Shown here piece by piece: positions 28,455 through 40,085 of a DNA stretch of 64,000 nucleotides. Within the stretch, counting starts at the first letter, position 1; every line of letters begins with the position of its first letter. The notes beneath the pieces were generated by a model that made no database searches, was not told where the DNA came from, and saw only the letters and a list, made by a program, of their open reading frames with translations. Both the position numbers and the translations under genes were made by a program. The DNA is taken from the NCBI GenBank assembly GCA_964427735.1, contig CAYRUS010000002.1, forward strand, positions 131,734-195,733, written 5' to 3'. This DNA is from an uncultured Gammaproteobacteria bacterium (lineage in GTDB: Bacteria > Patescibacteriota > Microgenomatia > UBA8517).

Positions 28455-29120
28455 TTAGTAGACTGAAAACAAATCTTTATTTCTCTCATAAACATTTGTT
28501 TTCAAAATCTTCTTTTGTAAGAGTTCTTCTACAGATGAGTACGGTCTGTGTTCAATTATGCTTTTGGCTGTAACTGGGCCAATTCCCCACAGGTCTTCTA
28601 ATTTTGATTGACTTGCTTCGTTTATGTTCACTTTTTCTTCGGTTTGTCCTAAAATAGTGGTTGATGTTGTTTGATCCCCTCCTGTATTGTTAGCACTCGC
28701 CTCTTGTGACTGCTCATTAAATTTTTTTATGTATACTTTTTGTCCATCTGTTAGTTTAGCTGCACGGTTTATAGTTTTTGCTATCCACTCAATATCAGCG
28801 TCATTATTTATCCCACCTGCGGCTTCAAGTGCTTCTTCTATTCTTGATTCTAGGGGCAATTCATAAACTCCCGGTTTGTTAACTGCACCGGAAACTTCGA
28901 CAACTATTTTCCCTGTTGTTTCTTCTGCCTCAACTGATTCATCTATTATTTGAATTTCATCTTCTGCAGAGTTTTGATTATGGATAGAGGAGAATATTCC
29001 CGTTCCAGTTAGAAGTATCCCAATCAGAAAAAATACAACAGCGGGAAGATTTTGAGAGGCAAAGGAAAGAGGATTAAATTTTTCGTTATTATCATCGAAG
29101 TACTCAAACTCCTCTGCCAT
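28455..29120 (-). CDS. comEA: ComEA DNA receptor (SLBB + HhH)
   Basis: VEVSGAVNKPGVYEL..RIEEALEAAGG; VNINEAS..LEDLWGIGPVTAKSII. Confidence 0.95.
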   Translation of the reverse strand: MAEEFEYFDDNNEKFNPLSFASQNLPAVVFFLIGILLTGTGIFSSIHNQNSAEDEIQIIDESVEAEETTGKIVVEVSGAVNKPGVYELPLESRIEEALEAAGGINNDADIEWIAKTINRAAKLTDGQKVYIKKFNEQSQEASANNTGGDQTTSTTILGQTEEKVNINEASQSKLEDLWGIGPVTAKSIIEHRPYSSVEELLQKKILKTNVYERNKDLFSVY

Positions 29121-29269
29121 TAATTTATATTAATACGAAAGTTTTTAGGGAGTAAAGAAGATGATTTTAAATTGCCAAAAAAACAAAGGAAATATTTGAA
29201 TTCTGTGGCTTAAATCCTACTCCCCTCCCAAATCTAGACTAAAATTCTTTAGGTTTTCAAAGGTTCTCT

Positions 29270-29299
29270 CTGACTGCAGATAGGAAGGCTTTAAAGATA
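29270..29299 (+). repeat. 30-bp diverged direct repeat, copy 1 (partner 31591-31620)
   Basis: CTGACTGCAGATAGGAAGGCTTTAAAGATA; 24/30 identical to its partner. Confidence 0.6.
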
Positions 29300-29316
29300 A
29301 GGCACAATACAAATTC

Positions 29317-30312
29317 TCAAGGTCTAACTTTTACGTATGCGAGTGATGGATTAGTTTCTACAGATGTTGCCTCTTCTTGGACCTTATCGTCAAGTAATGG
29401 AAGTTCAGATCCTGAATATATATGGTAATTGATATTTCCAATTTCCACTGTACCTAACTTGACCACAGTAAATTCATTATTTTTTCTCTGCCCTAATCCA
29501 TAAATTTCATAATCTTGTGGTTTGAACATTGGGTTTCTATCATCCTGGTACTTGACTCTGTTCCTGTTCAGCATATCCCTAACTCCTTCAGAATCAAATA
29601 AATACTTTGTTATTTCAAATTTACCAATTTTTTGTCTTCCTGCATGTTGAATGTAATTTAAATACTTGTCCCCATATCCTGCGAACTGTAACAAATCCTG
29701 AGCTGAAGCTGGTTCAGGAAACATCAGGTAATTTAGCACAAAAGCTTTCTCCGGTTCAAACCAGCTAAAACGACCTCTGCTTTTAATACTTGAATTATAA
29801 TGACAATCAATAAAATCACTATCAAAAATGGTTGCTCCACCCCAATGGAAATATATATACCTGAGACTCCAAATCCCTTCCTTAAATCCAATCAAGTTTA
29901 CTTCCATATTAACATCCCTTGCTGAAGAAGAGAAAGCATTCACATAAAGAGAATTATAATGGTCAGCAATGATATATGTATCACCTATACTTTCACTCCT
30001 ATGTAGGATATCAGCCTCTCCACCTAAATCGTAATGGCTGATTCCTCTTTCCCAAGACTTTATTCTATAATCTTTAGGAGAATTGACGATTCCCAACATA
30101 GACCTGAAGTGTTGTGTGGTTGTATTGGAGTATCTGAGCAATTCTGGAAGTTTCACTGCACCCGCAGCTTTCTCTTTTAGTATTGGTTTGTTTGATTCTG
30201 CTACCCCAAAGTATCCTAAATCTAGTACAGATTCACAAACTTGTACTGCTATTTCGTGATTTGAGAGAACATTTTCTTTTTTGTTCCCTCTTTCTATTAA
30301 CCTTCTCAACAT
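29317..30312 (-). CDS. Hypothetical protein
   Basis: 331-aa ORF. Confidence 0.7.
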   Translation of the reverse strand: MLRRLIERGNKKENVLSNHEIAVQVCESVLDLGYFGVAESNKPILKEKAAGAVKLPELLRYSNTTTQHFRSMLGIVNSPKDYRIKSWERGISHYDLGGEADILHRSESIGDTYIIADHYNSLYVNAFSSSARDVNMEVNLIGFKEGIWSLRYIYFHWGGATIFDSDFIDCHYNSSIKSRGRFSWFEPEKAFVLNYLMFPEPASAQDLLQFAGYGDKYLNYIQHAGRQKIGKFEITKYLFDSEGVRDMLNRNRVKYQDDRNPMFKPQDYEIYGLGQRKNNEFTVVKLGTVEIGNINYHIYSGSELPLLDDKVQEEATSVETNPSLAYVKVRP

Positions 30313-30549
30313 AACCGGGGAAATTATATTATAGAGTACGGTGAAATTCTACTCTCATACTTTTTAAGTGATTAAATTACAAATTAACCTGCCTCTACGG
30401 TACAGATAAATAAATTTGCTCAATTCTTGAGTTCTTAAATATTTGGGTTTGAAACCAAAACTTTTAATTTTAATTTCAAATGTTGGATATCTTTTAATTA
30501 TCAGAAGCGTTGATCGTAATATAATTTATATTTTAATCCTTGTTTGTTA

Positions 30550-30861
30550 TTACTCTTCACTAGTATCTGGAGTGTCATCGAAAACAATTTCTTCTACTTC
30601 GGGATATATTTCTAATACTTCTTCCCCTCCCTCGGGAGTTACAGTCAATATCTCTAGTACTTCAAGAACACGACCTTTATTATCAATGATTATTTCAAAT
30701 TCCTTATCACCATAACGAATAATCATTGGTTTACCCTCCTCGAAAGAGAGTCCGTCAAGCAATTCATCAAGATGCGTTAAAACATACTCAGAGTCAACTT
30801 CATCTTCTGATCCAAATTTTTCTCTAAGCCCTTCATCAAAATCAGATAACCTTTCTGCCAT
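30550..30861 (-). CDS. Small acidic hypothetical protein
   Basis: Probable start MAERL at 30861, 8 nt after TAAAAT. Confidence 0.6.
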   Translation of the reverse strand: MAERLSDFDEGLREKFGSEDEVDSEYVLTHLDELLDGLSFEEGKPMIIRYGDKEFEIIIDNKGRVLEVLEILTVTPEGGEEVLEIYPEVEEIVFDDTPDTSEE

Positions 30862-31019
30862 AATATAATATTTTATCACAATAGCACAAAATTGACACTT
30901 ATACAAAAATTGTATCCTTTAGATCTCTGTCTAACAGATTTTGTACTGCAGATTCTCGTTTTCTCTTGCTAGGCTCCTTTATCTTCTGCCTTGATTGGCA
31001 AATAGGTACTGTTGTATCC

Positions 31020-31520
31020 TCAAATCCATAAGTGAGACTCTAAAAGTTTTTCGTCATTCCACTCTTCTTGAAGTAGTTGAGGAGTATAGATATCTCTTTT
31101 TTCAGCGAAAATGGTGTTTAGATTGCGAATATATTTTGCTGCTTGATCTTTAAATTTTTTATGTTCACCTTCGTATTTACTATTAGAATCACTTTTTATT
31201 GACTCTGGAGTGATACCAAAATATACATTAGGATATACTTGCTCGTTTAAAAATAATGCAGACTGAAGCAAGAGTGATGTAAATGTCACTTTCTGATCCG
31301 TTTCTTTTAATAATCTATAGGAAACGATAAGTAATGACTGTCCAATATTATCTTTAAATAAATTTTGACGGAAAGGCTCAAATCCCTGCTGAATCCTAGA
31401 TATTAAAGTCCGTTCAGCTCGTGACAGATCTTCTTCAAATTCCTCTAACCTGCCAGGTATTAAAATTATGTCATCCTCACGTCGGAACTTTTCTGAATGA
31501 TTTGCTGAATTTTCAGTCAT
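31020..31520 (-). CDS. Hypothetical protein
   Basis: 166-aa ORF; TAACAT 6 nt upstream. Confidence 0.65.
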   Translation of the reverse strand: MTENSANHSEKFRREDDIILIPGRLEEFEEDLSRAERTLISRIQQGFEPFRQNLFKDNIGQSLLIVSYRLLKETDQKVTFTSLLLQSALFLNEQVYPNVYFGITPESIKSDSNSKYEGEHKKFKDQAAKYIRNLNTIFAEKRDIYTPQLLQEEWNDEKLLESHLWI

Positions 31521-31590
31521 GGGAGTATGTTATAAGGTAAATCATTCTGGATCAATACTTAAGTTACTCGAAACCTTGTGAAGAGTATCC

Positions 31591-31620
31591 CTGTCAGCCG
31601 ACAGTAAGGCTGTAAAGATA
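31591..31620 (+). repeat. 30-bp diverged direct repeat, copy 2
   Basis: CTGTCAGCCGACAGTAAGGCTGTAAAGATA; core CTGTC-AGCC-GACAG is palindromic. Confidence 0.6.
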
Positions 31621-31696
31621 TTCACTATTAAGTAGTTTCACTGATCCAGATATAACTGAAAAAAAGTAATAGCTCCAACCATTTAAAGGTCAATAC

Positions 31697-34378
31697 CTAC
31701 CTCACAACAAAATTAACCAACTTCCCAGGCACGAAGATTGTATCTTTTACTTCAACACCATTTAAATAACTTGATACATTATCGATACTTCTCACCTCAT
31801 TCAATACAAACTCTTTATCCACTGCCTTATCTCTTGGCAAATCAAGCTGACCTCGTAGCTTACCATTAACCTGAACAACTACAGTCGCAATATCATCTTT
31901 AGTTAACTCCGGGTCATAATCTGGCCATTTGGATGTATGTACACTATTCTCATGCCCTAGTTTCTCTCTCCATAACTCTTCAGCCATAAAAGGTGCAAAT
32001 GGTGCTATAAGTTGTGCTAATGCAGCCAAAGCTTCTTTTAAGCTGGATGGGTTATTTTCATCGGTGGATTGATGATCTGAACTAGAAAATTCACGTATTG
32101 TATTTACTAACTCCATAATTGCTGATATTGCAGTGTTGTATTTAAATTGGTGTAAATCACTGGTTACCTTTTTTATAGTTTGGTGTAGTTTGATATTTAA
32201 TATGCGATTTTCTTCTTTTGTCAAAACCTTATTTTCAAGGTCATCATATAAATTCCAAACCCTCATCAAAAATCTATTCATTCCTTCTATCCCTGTATCT
32301 CTAAAATCTCCACCTTGATCATAAGGACCTAAAAACATCAAATAGGTTCTTAGTGTATCAGCACCAAACTTTTCAATATATTCATCAGGGTTTATTACGT
32401 TTCCCCTGGATTTACTCATTTTTGCACCTTCAGCAATTATTAGTCCATGGCTAAAAAGGAATGGAAATGGTTCTTCAAAATCAATATATCCCCAATCATT
32501 TAATGCCATTGTGACAAATCTTGAATACAAAAGATGTAAAACAGCATGCTCTGCACCACCAATATACGAATGTACAGGTAACCATTTTTTTGTGATTTCT
32601 TTATTAAAAGGATCTTTATTGCTTTTCCATTCCTCTGATTTCAAATTTGGATATGCCAAGAAGTACCACGAACTATCTAAAAATGTATCAGACACTTCCA
32701 TCTCTCTTACTGCCTTCCCTCCGCACTCTGGACACTTTGTATATTTCCATTCCTCAGGAGCATTACTTAATGGTGTGGTTCCATCTCCTTTAGGTTTAAA
32801 GTCTTCTATGTCTGGCAGGACGACTGGTAACTGATCCTCTGGTACAGAATACCAACCCGACATTTCACTTTTCTCTCCTTTGCCTTCTTGATTACAATTT
32901 TCGCAAAAGATCATAGGAATTGGAGGGCCCCAATATCTTTGTCTGGATATCAACCAATCACGTAAGTGATAATTTACTTCTTTATCTGCCCAATCTTCGT
33001 TTTCTACTATCTTTTCTCGAGCCTCGGTACTGCTCATTCCAGAATATTTACCTGAATCAACCAACTCGCCTTCACCATCATATGGCAATTCTTCATCGCT
33101 TTTTATTACTTGCTGTATTTTTAAGTTATACTTACTTGCAAATTCAAAATCTCTCTCGTCGTGTGCAGGGACTCCCATTACTACTCCTGTTCCATAATCC
33201 ATAAGTACATAATCAGCCACGTAAACAGGAATTTCTGCACCATCTGCGGGATTTTTAGCCTTAATTCCTGAATCGACTCCAGTTTTTTCTTTTTCTCCTT
33301 CTTTACGCTCTTGATCTGATTTATTAAGTGCCTGGTCAATATATCTAACTACATCTTTTCTATTGTTTTCTGGAACATATTCCATCAAATATTCTTTCGC
33401 AAACTCAGGAGCTACTACAATAAATGTTGATCCAAAAATAGTATCAACTCTGGTTGTAAAAGCTTCTATTGTAACTCCGGATTTTGCAATCTGGAACTTA
33501 ACCAGTACACCTTCTTTTTTCCCTATCCAATTTCTTTGGGCTGTTTTAATCTTTTCTGGCCATATCAAACCATACTTTTTTACATCATACTCGTGCATAT
33601 TCGGCAATCCATCCTTTAACCAGGATTGTAAAGTGTTATCTTGATTGTAATTATGAGTCTGCGATGCAGCCTTCCCAGACGCACTCTTTGGGTTTTTATG
33701 GGACCCAAAAGTAGAGCTGGCATGCTGTTGAGCAGACGATTGAGTACCATCTATATTCTTAAGCAGTCTCTCTGCATAATCTGTAATCCTAAAATACCAA
33801 GAGGCCATCTCACGTCTTTCAACTTTAGTTTTGCAGCGTTCGCACAATCCAGCCTCTACTTGTTCATCTGCAAGAACTGTCTTGCAGTTTGGACACCAAT
33901 TAACCATAGCAACCCCTCTATAAGCAAGCCCGTGCTTAAACATTTGAATAAAAAGCCATTGTGTCCATTTATAGTAATTTGGGTCGTATGTCTCTAAACG
34001 ATAATTCCACGCATAACCATTACCTATCGATTTGAGTTGGTTGTAGAAATTCTTTTCAGTTATTTCAGCGTTTTCTTTAGGGTGTCTACCCACTTTAATA
34101 GAATAGTTTTCGCTGTGTATTCCAAAACCATCCAACCCAATAGGCTCAAACACATCTGCTCCTTGCATTCTATTAAACCTTCCATACACATCAGCTCCAG
34201 TAAATGCGTACATATTTCCTACATGTAAACCTTCTGCTGAAGGATAAGGAAACATCATTAAGTTATAAAATGGGTTATTGGCATTTTTTAAATCCGGATG
34301 ATATAGATTTTCCTTTTGCCAGTTTTCTTTCCATTTTTTTTCTATGGACTGGTGGTCAAAATTTCTTTTTAACGTCAT
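31697..34378 (-). CDS. leuS: Leucine--tRNA ligase with an extra ~50-aa insertion
   Basis: MFPYPSAEGLHVGN, CPNCKTVLADEQV, GTGVVMGVPAHDERD, WLISRQRYWG, KMSKS, VQVNGKLR. Confidence 0.97.
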   Translation of the reverse strand: MTLKRNFDHQSIEKKWKENWQKENLYHPDLKNANNPFYNLMMFPYPSAEGLHVGNMYAFTGADVYGRFNRMQGADVFEPIGLDGFGIHSENYSIKVGRHPKENAEITEKNFYNQLKSIGNGYAWNYRLETYDPNYYKWTQWLFIQMFKHGLAYRGVAMVNWCPNCKTVLADEQVEAGLCERCKTKVERREMASWYFRITDYAERLLKNIDGTQSSAQQHASSTFGSHKNPKSASGKAASQTHNYNQDNTLQSWLKDGLPNMHEYDVKKYGLIWPEKIKTAQRNWIGKKEGVLVKFQIAKSGVTIEAFTTRVDTIFGSTFIVVAPEFAKEYLMEYVPENNRKDVVRYIDQALNKSDQERKEGEKEKTGVDSGIKAKNPADGAEIPVYVADYVLMDYGTGVVMGVPAHDERDFEFASKYNLKIQQVIKSDEELPYDGEGELVDSGKYSGMSSTEAREKIVENEDWADKEVNYHLRDWLISRQRYWGPPIPMIFCENCNQEGKGEKSEMSGWYSVPEDQLPVVLPDIEDFKPKGDGTTPLSNAPEEWKYTKCPECGGKAVREMEVSDTFLDSSWYFLAYPNLKSEEWKSNKDPFNKEITKKWLPVHSYIGGAEHAVLHLLYSRFVTMALNDWGYIDFEEPFPFLFSHGLIIAEGAKMSKSRGNVINPDEYIEKFGADTLRTYLMFLGPYDQGGDFRDTGIEGMNRFLMRVWNLYDDLENKVLTKEENRILNIKLHQTIKKVTSDLHQFKYNTAISAIMELVNTIREFSSSDHQSTDENNPSSLKEALAALAQLIAPFAPFMAEELWREKLGHENSVHTSKWPDYDPELTKDDIATVVVQVNGKLRGQLDLPRDKAVDKEFVLNEVRSIDNVSSYLNGVEVKDTIFVPGKLVNFVVR
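33657..33737. repeat. 81-nt imperfect palindrome inside leuS
   Basis: Nested arms GTCTGC/GCAGAC, CAGC/GCTG, CCAG/CTGG, TTTGGGT/ACCCAAA. Confidence 0.75.
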
Positions 34379-34873
34379 GTACGTATTATATACAAAAATA
34401 GACTTATCTGCGAAATAAGAGAAAAAACTCCTCTCTTTTTGTCTTTAAAGTGTTTTTTGCGTTAATTATGTGCTTGTGCGGAAATTTATTTGCGGTTATT
34501 ATTAAGTACAATTTGTACAATTACAAAATCAGAAATAAAAATAAGTTAAAACAAAGACAAAAACTTGCTTGTTACCTATAGCTAAAAATAGTTTTCAGAA
34601 TTTTTTTGCAAGTCCAAAGCAAAAATATTACTTTTGCCCTGTTTCTTGAATTATCTTCAACCTCCAATTTGCCTAGCAGAAACACTTGTCGAGTGACAAA
34701 CTGTAAAAGTAAAAACTCATAGTTAATTTTAAATACATAGTAATAGCCTTAATATTTACCGCTTTTTGCAAATTTCAAAGAACGTTTCCAGTTTTTTTAG
34801 GAATATTTGGAAAAATTTCCTAAATTAATGAAAAAATGCTGAAAAGGAATATGTCTAAATATATATAAGTATA

Positions 34874-37393
<2,520 letters not shown>

Positions 37394-37412
37394 GATATTT
37401 ACTTATATAGAT

Positions 37413-38870
37413 TTACATATTTTGTTGTATTATCAGTTGGTCATCTTGTTTCAAATAATTAACTAAATCCATAAAATTTTCGTGTTTCTCCAATAGATTG
37501 TCTACTGACTCTTTATAAGTTTTATCTGAATAATATTTTGATATAATCATATTCATATGATTTTTCATTTTGGCTATCTCCGTTTCAGCCCAAATATTTG
37601 CCCACAGACCGGCTAGCATAAGAGTATTTATGTTATTTGGGATAATTGTTGTTGGCGACTGGTTAAAATAAGCATAAATTTTGTCACCCATGTCGAGAAT
37701 CCTTCTGGTCTCCTCTCCTATCTCTGCTCCAAAGTGCATAAATTGGGTCATTCTATCGTGCTTAACTAAAAAACTACTAATCTCTCTACTCATGCTTCTA
37801 CTAAGCGGTCTTTGAGTATTGTGACCAACTCTAGTGACAGACAAGAATGGATTTACTGCAGGTCTTCGACCCTTATCAAATAAATCAATATCAAAATATA
37901 TGTGTCCATCAGTCATCGCCATCAAATTAGTTTGAATGTAATCTGACAAATTTCCTAGTACTGAATCTGCAATTGGAAGACAGGTAATTGACCCTTTATC
38001 AAAATTGCCTGCTCGCTCAAGCAACTTTGCATGGATATAAAAAATGTCTCCTGGGTAGGAACTTCTACCTGGAAACTTTTTAGCAAGCAAAGAGATTTCT
38101 CGATAATTTTTTGCATGAGCAGTAAGATCATCAAGAACTAACAAAACATCAAGCCCTCTATCTCTAAAATATTCCGCAATTGTCATTGCTGTATAAGGTG
38201 TAAAATGTATGGTTCCCGGAGGATCAGATGAACGAGAAGAAACTACGATTGATTTATCTGCAACACCAGATTTTTCGAGAGTCCTTAAAACAGAGTCAAT
38301 ATCCGTAGATCTTTTCCCGATAAGTGCATAAATACAAACTACACCATTATTCGCTTGAGAAATAATAGTCTGAAGTAAAAAACTACTTTTACCTGTACCT
38401 TTGTCACCTATTACAAGTTCCCTTTGCCCTTTAGCAAGCGGTACAATTACATCTACAACACTTACACCAGTATCAAGTGGTTTCTCTACTTGCTTCCTGT
38501 TCATTAAAGGAGGTGGTTCAATATCAATTGCTCTCATCTCAACATTACTGATACTCTTCTCTGATATTACTTTGCCAAACACATCAACATGACATCCTAG
38601 AAGGTCAGCACTCACTTGTGCTTCCACCATTTTTGTACTTCTAGCTGCTTTTTGTCCAACACTAACCTGGTCACCTGATATAAACAAAACTTGTACATAA
38701 TCTTCATTTATACCAATAGATTGCCCTATACTTTCGTTCTCAAAATAGATAATTTCTCCTATGCGTACACCTGGAAGTCCTCTAACATAAATAACTGAGT
38801 GTATAATTTGATCCACAGTACCTATTTCTTTTGTTGACTCCAATAGTTTTTGAAAATTATTAGCGATCAT
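37413..38870 (-). CDS. atpA: F1 ATPase alpha subunit (divergent)
   Basis: KGQRELVIGDKGTGKS, DDLTAHA..YRE, PGRSSYPGDIFY.HAKLLERA, TDGHIY, SVTRVG (Arg finger). Confidence 0.95.
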   Translation of the reverse strand: MIANNFQKLLESTKEIGTVDQIIHSVIYVRGLPGVRIGEIIYFENESIGQSIGINEDYVQVLFISGDQVSVGQKAARSTKMVEAQVSADLLGCHVDVFGKVISEKSISNVEMRAIDIEPPPLMNRKQVEKPLDTGVSVVDVIVPLAKGQRELVIGDKGTGKSSFLLQTIISQANNGVVCIYALIGKRSTDIDSVLRTLEKSGVADKSIVVSSRSSDPPGTIHFTPYTAMTIAEYFRDRGLDVLLVLDDLTAHAKNYREISLLAKKFPGRSSYPGDIFYIHAKLLERAGNFDKGSITCLPIADSVLGNLSDYIQTNLMAMTDGHIYFDIDLFDKGRRPAVNPFLSVTRVGHNTQRPLSRSMSREISSFLVKHDRMTQFMHFGAEIGEETRRILDMGDKIYAYFNQSPTTIIPNNINTLMLAGLWANIWAETEIAKMKNHMNMIISKYYSDKTYKESVDNLLEKHENFMDLVNYLKQDDQLIIQQNM

Positions 38871-38882
38871 AAATATATCTTT

Positions 38883-39347
38883 CTATTGTTTATTCTTAAC
38901 ATCTGTATCATTTTTAACTTCCTGATGCATAATATTTGCAACTTTCTTTCCCAGAGAATAATCACCGTACATACCTTTGTACTCAAAGATCGCACCTGCT
39001 ACTAAATTGGGGTTTATTTTTATATCAAGTATAAATTTACTTTTTAATGCTTCTTGAAATTTTGCATATATTTTATCTACTTCCCTTTTCGATGGCTCAT
39101 AAGCCAAAGTTACAGTCAGTTTCTCTAACTTTGATAATTCTTCTGCCAAATCAGTTAAAAATTTTTCTTTATCTTTTTGAGCAGTAAAATCATCTTTTAT
39201 TGCATCATAAACCCAAAATCGAACTTTACTCTCAAGAGATTCAGCCAGATCTTCTTGGTATAAACTTTCTTTTAAAGTTTGAATTTCTTCAAGAAGAATC
39301 TGCACATCATTCCTAGTTTTAATTTTTTCAAATATTTGTAAGTACAT
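38883..39347 (-). CDS. atpH: F1 delta/OSCP-like subunit
   Basis: C-terminal INPNLVAGAIFEYKGMYGDYSL; operon position. Confidence 0.8.
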   Translation of the reverse strand: MYLQIFEKIKTRNDVQILLEEIQTLKESLYQEDLAESLESKVRFWVYDAIKDDFTAQKDKEKFLTDLAEELSKLEKLTVTLAYEPSKREVDKIYAKFQEALKSKFILDIKINPNLVAGAIFEYKGMYGDYSLGKKVANIMHQEVKNDTDVKNKQ

Positions 39348-40005
39348 CTCTCTTAAATTCCTCTACTGATTCATTTACAATTTTTTCGTGATCTTTTTTA
39401 TTGATCTCTTCTGATATTATTTGCATAATAATTTTTTGACTTAGTTGAGAAACTGTTTTCTCAAATTCCTGAATTCGTTGTTTTTTGTAAGATTGAATTT
39501 CTTTATTAGCTTCAACTTGAAGTCTTTCAAATAATTGTTTAGTTTCCTTGGCAGCATTTGATATCTCTTGTTTAAAAATTTTAACACCTTCATCTGAACT
39601 ATCAGCCATAGATTGCTGCAACTGACTTGATACATTTTGAACCGCTTTTATAACTTCTGTTTTAATTTGAGATAGTTCATTTTTATACTCATCTAAATAA
39701 CTTTCTGTTGCTTGACTGACAAGAGCATTTATTTGCTCTGATTCTCCCCGAACTAACTTTGATGCATCGGTAAGCATTTGTTGAGACTTTTGATGTGCCT
39801 CATTAATCAACCTATCTGACTCAATTCGTGCTTGATTTATAATATCTCTAGCCTTTTCTTCAGCCTGATTATTTTCATCTCTTAGCTTATTACTTTGATC
39901 ATTTAATTTACCTTGAAGCTTAAAGTACTGAATTAAAACCAAAGCCAATAAAATTCCAAATACAGAAACCAAGAGTATAAATAGGTAGATTATTGTAGAT
40001 TGCAT
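39328..40005 (-). CDS. atpF: Fo b-like peripheral stalk subunit (elongated, 225 aa)
   Basis: Single N-terminal TM, long coiled coil (AEEKARDIINQA), C-terminal INKKDHEKIVNE; operon position. Confidence 0.75.
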   Translation of the reverse strand: MQSTIIYLFILLVSVFGILLALVLIQYFKLQGKLNDQSNKLRDENNQAEEKARDIINQARIESDRLINEAHQKSQQMLTDASKLVRGESEQINALVSQATESYLDEYKNELSQIKTEVIKAVQNVSSQLQQSMADSSDEGVKIFKQEISNAAKETKQLFERLQVEANKEIQSYKKQRIQEFEKTVSQLSQKIIMQIISEEINKKDHEKIVNESVEEFKRDVLTNI

Positions 40006-40085
40006 GTATTTCTATTTAATAAGCTCTATTGAATAAATGCAAGTAGAGTTGATACTTAGTCTAAAAGTAATTTATATTGCTTTAA

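Noticed and set aside
33580-33750. Intein or self-splicing intron in leuS
   Set aside because: Too short, no C/S...HN intein termini and no recognisable group I/II core; the frame is continuous
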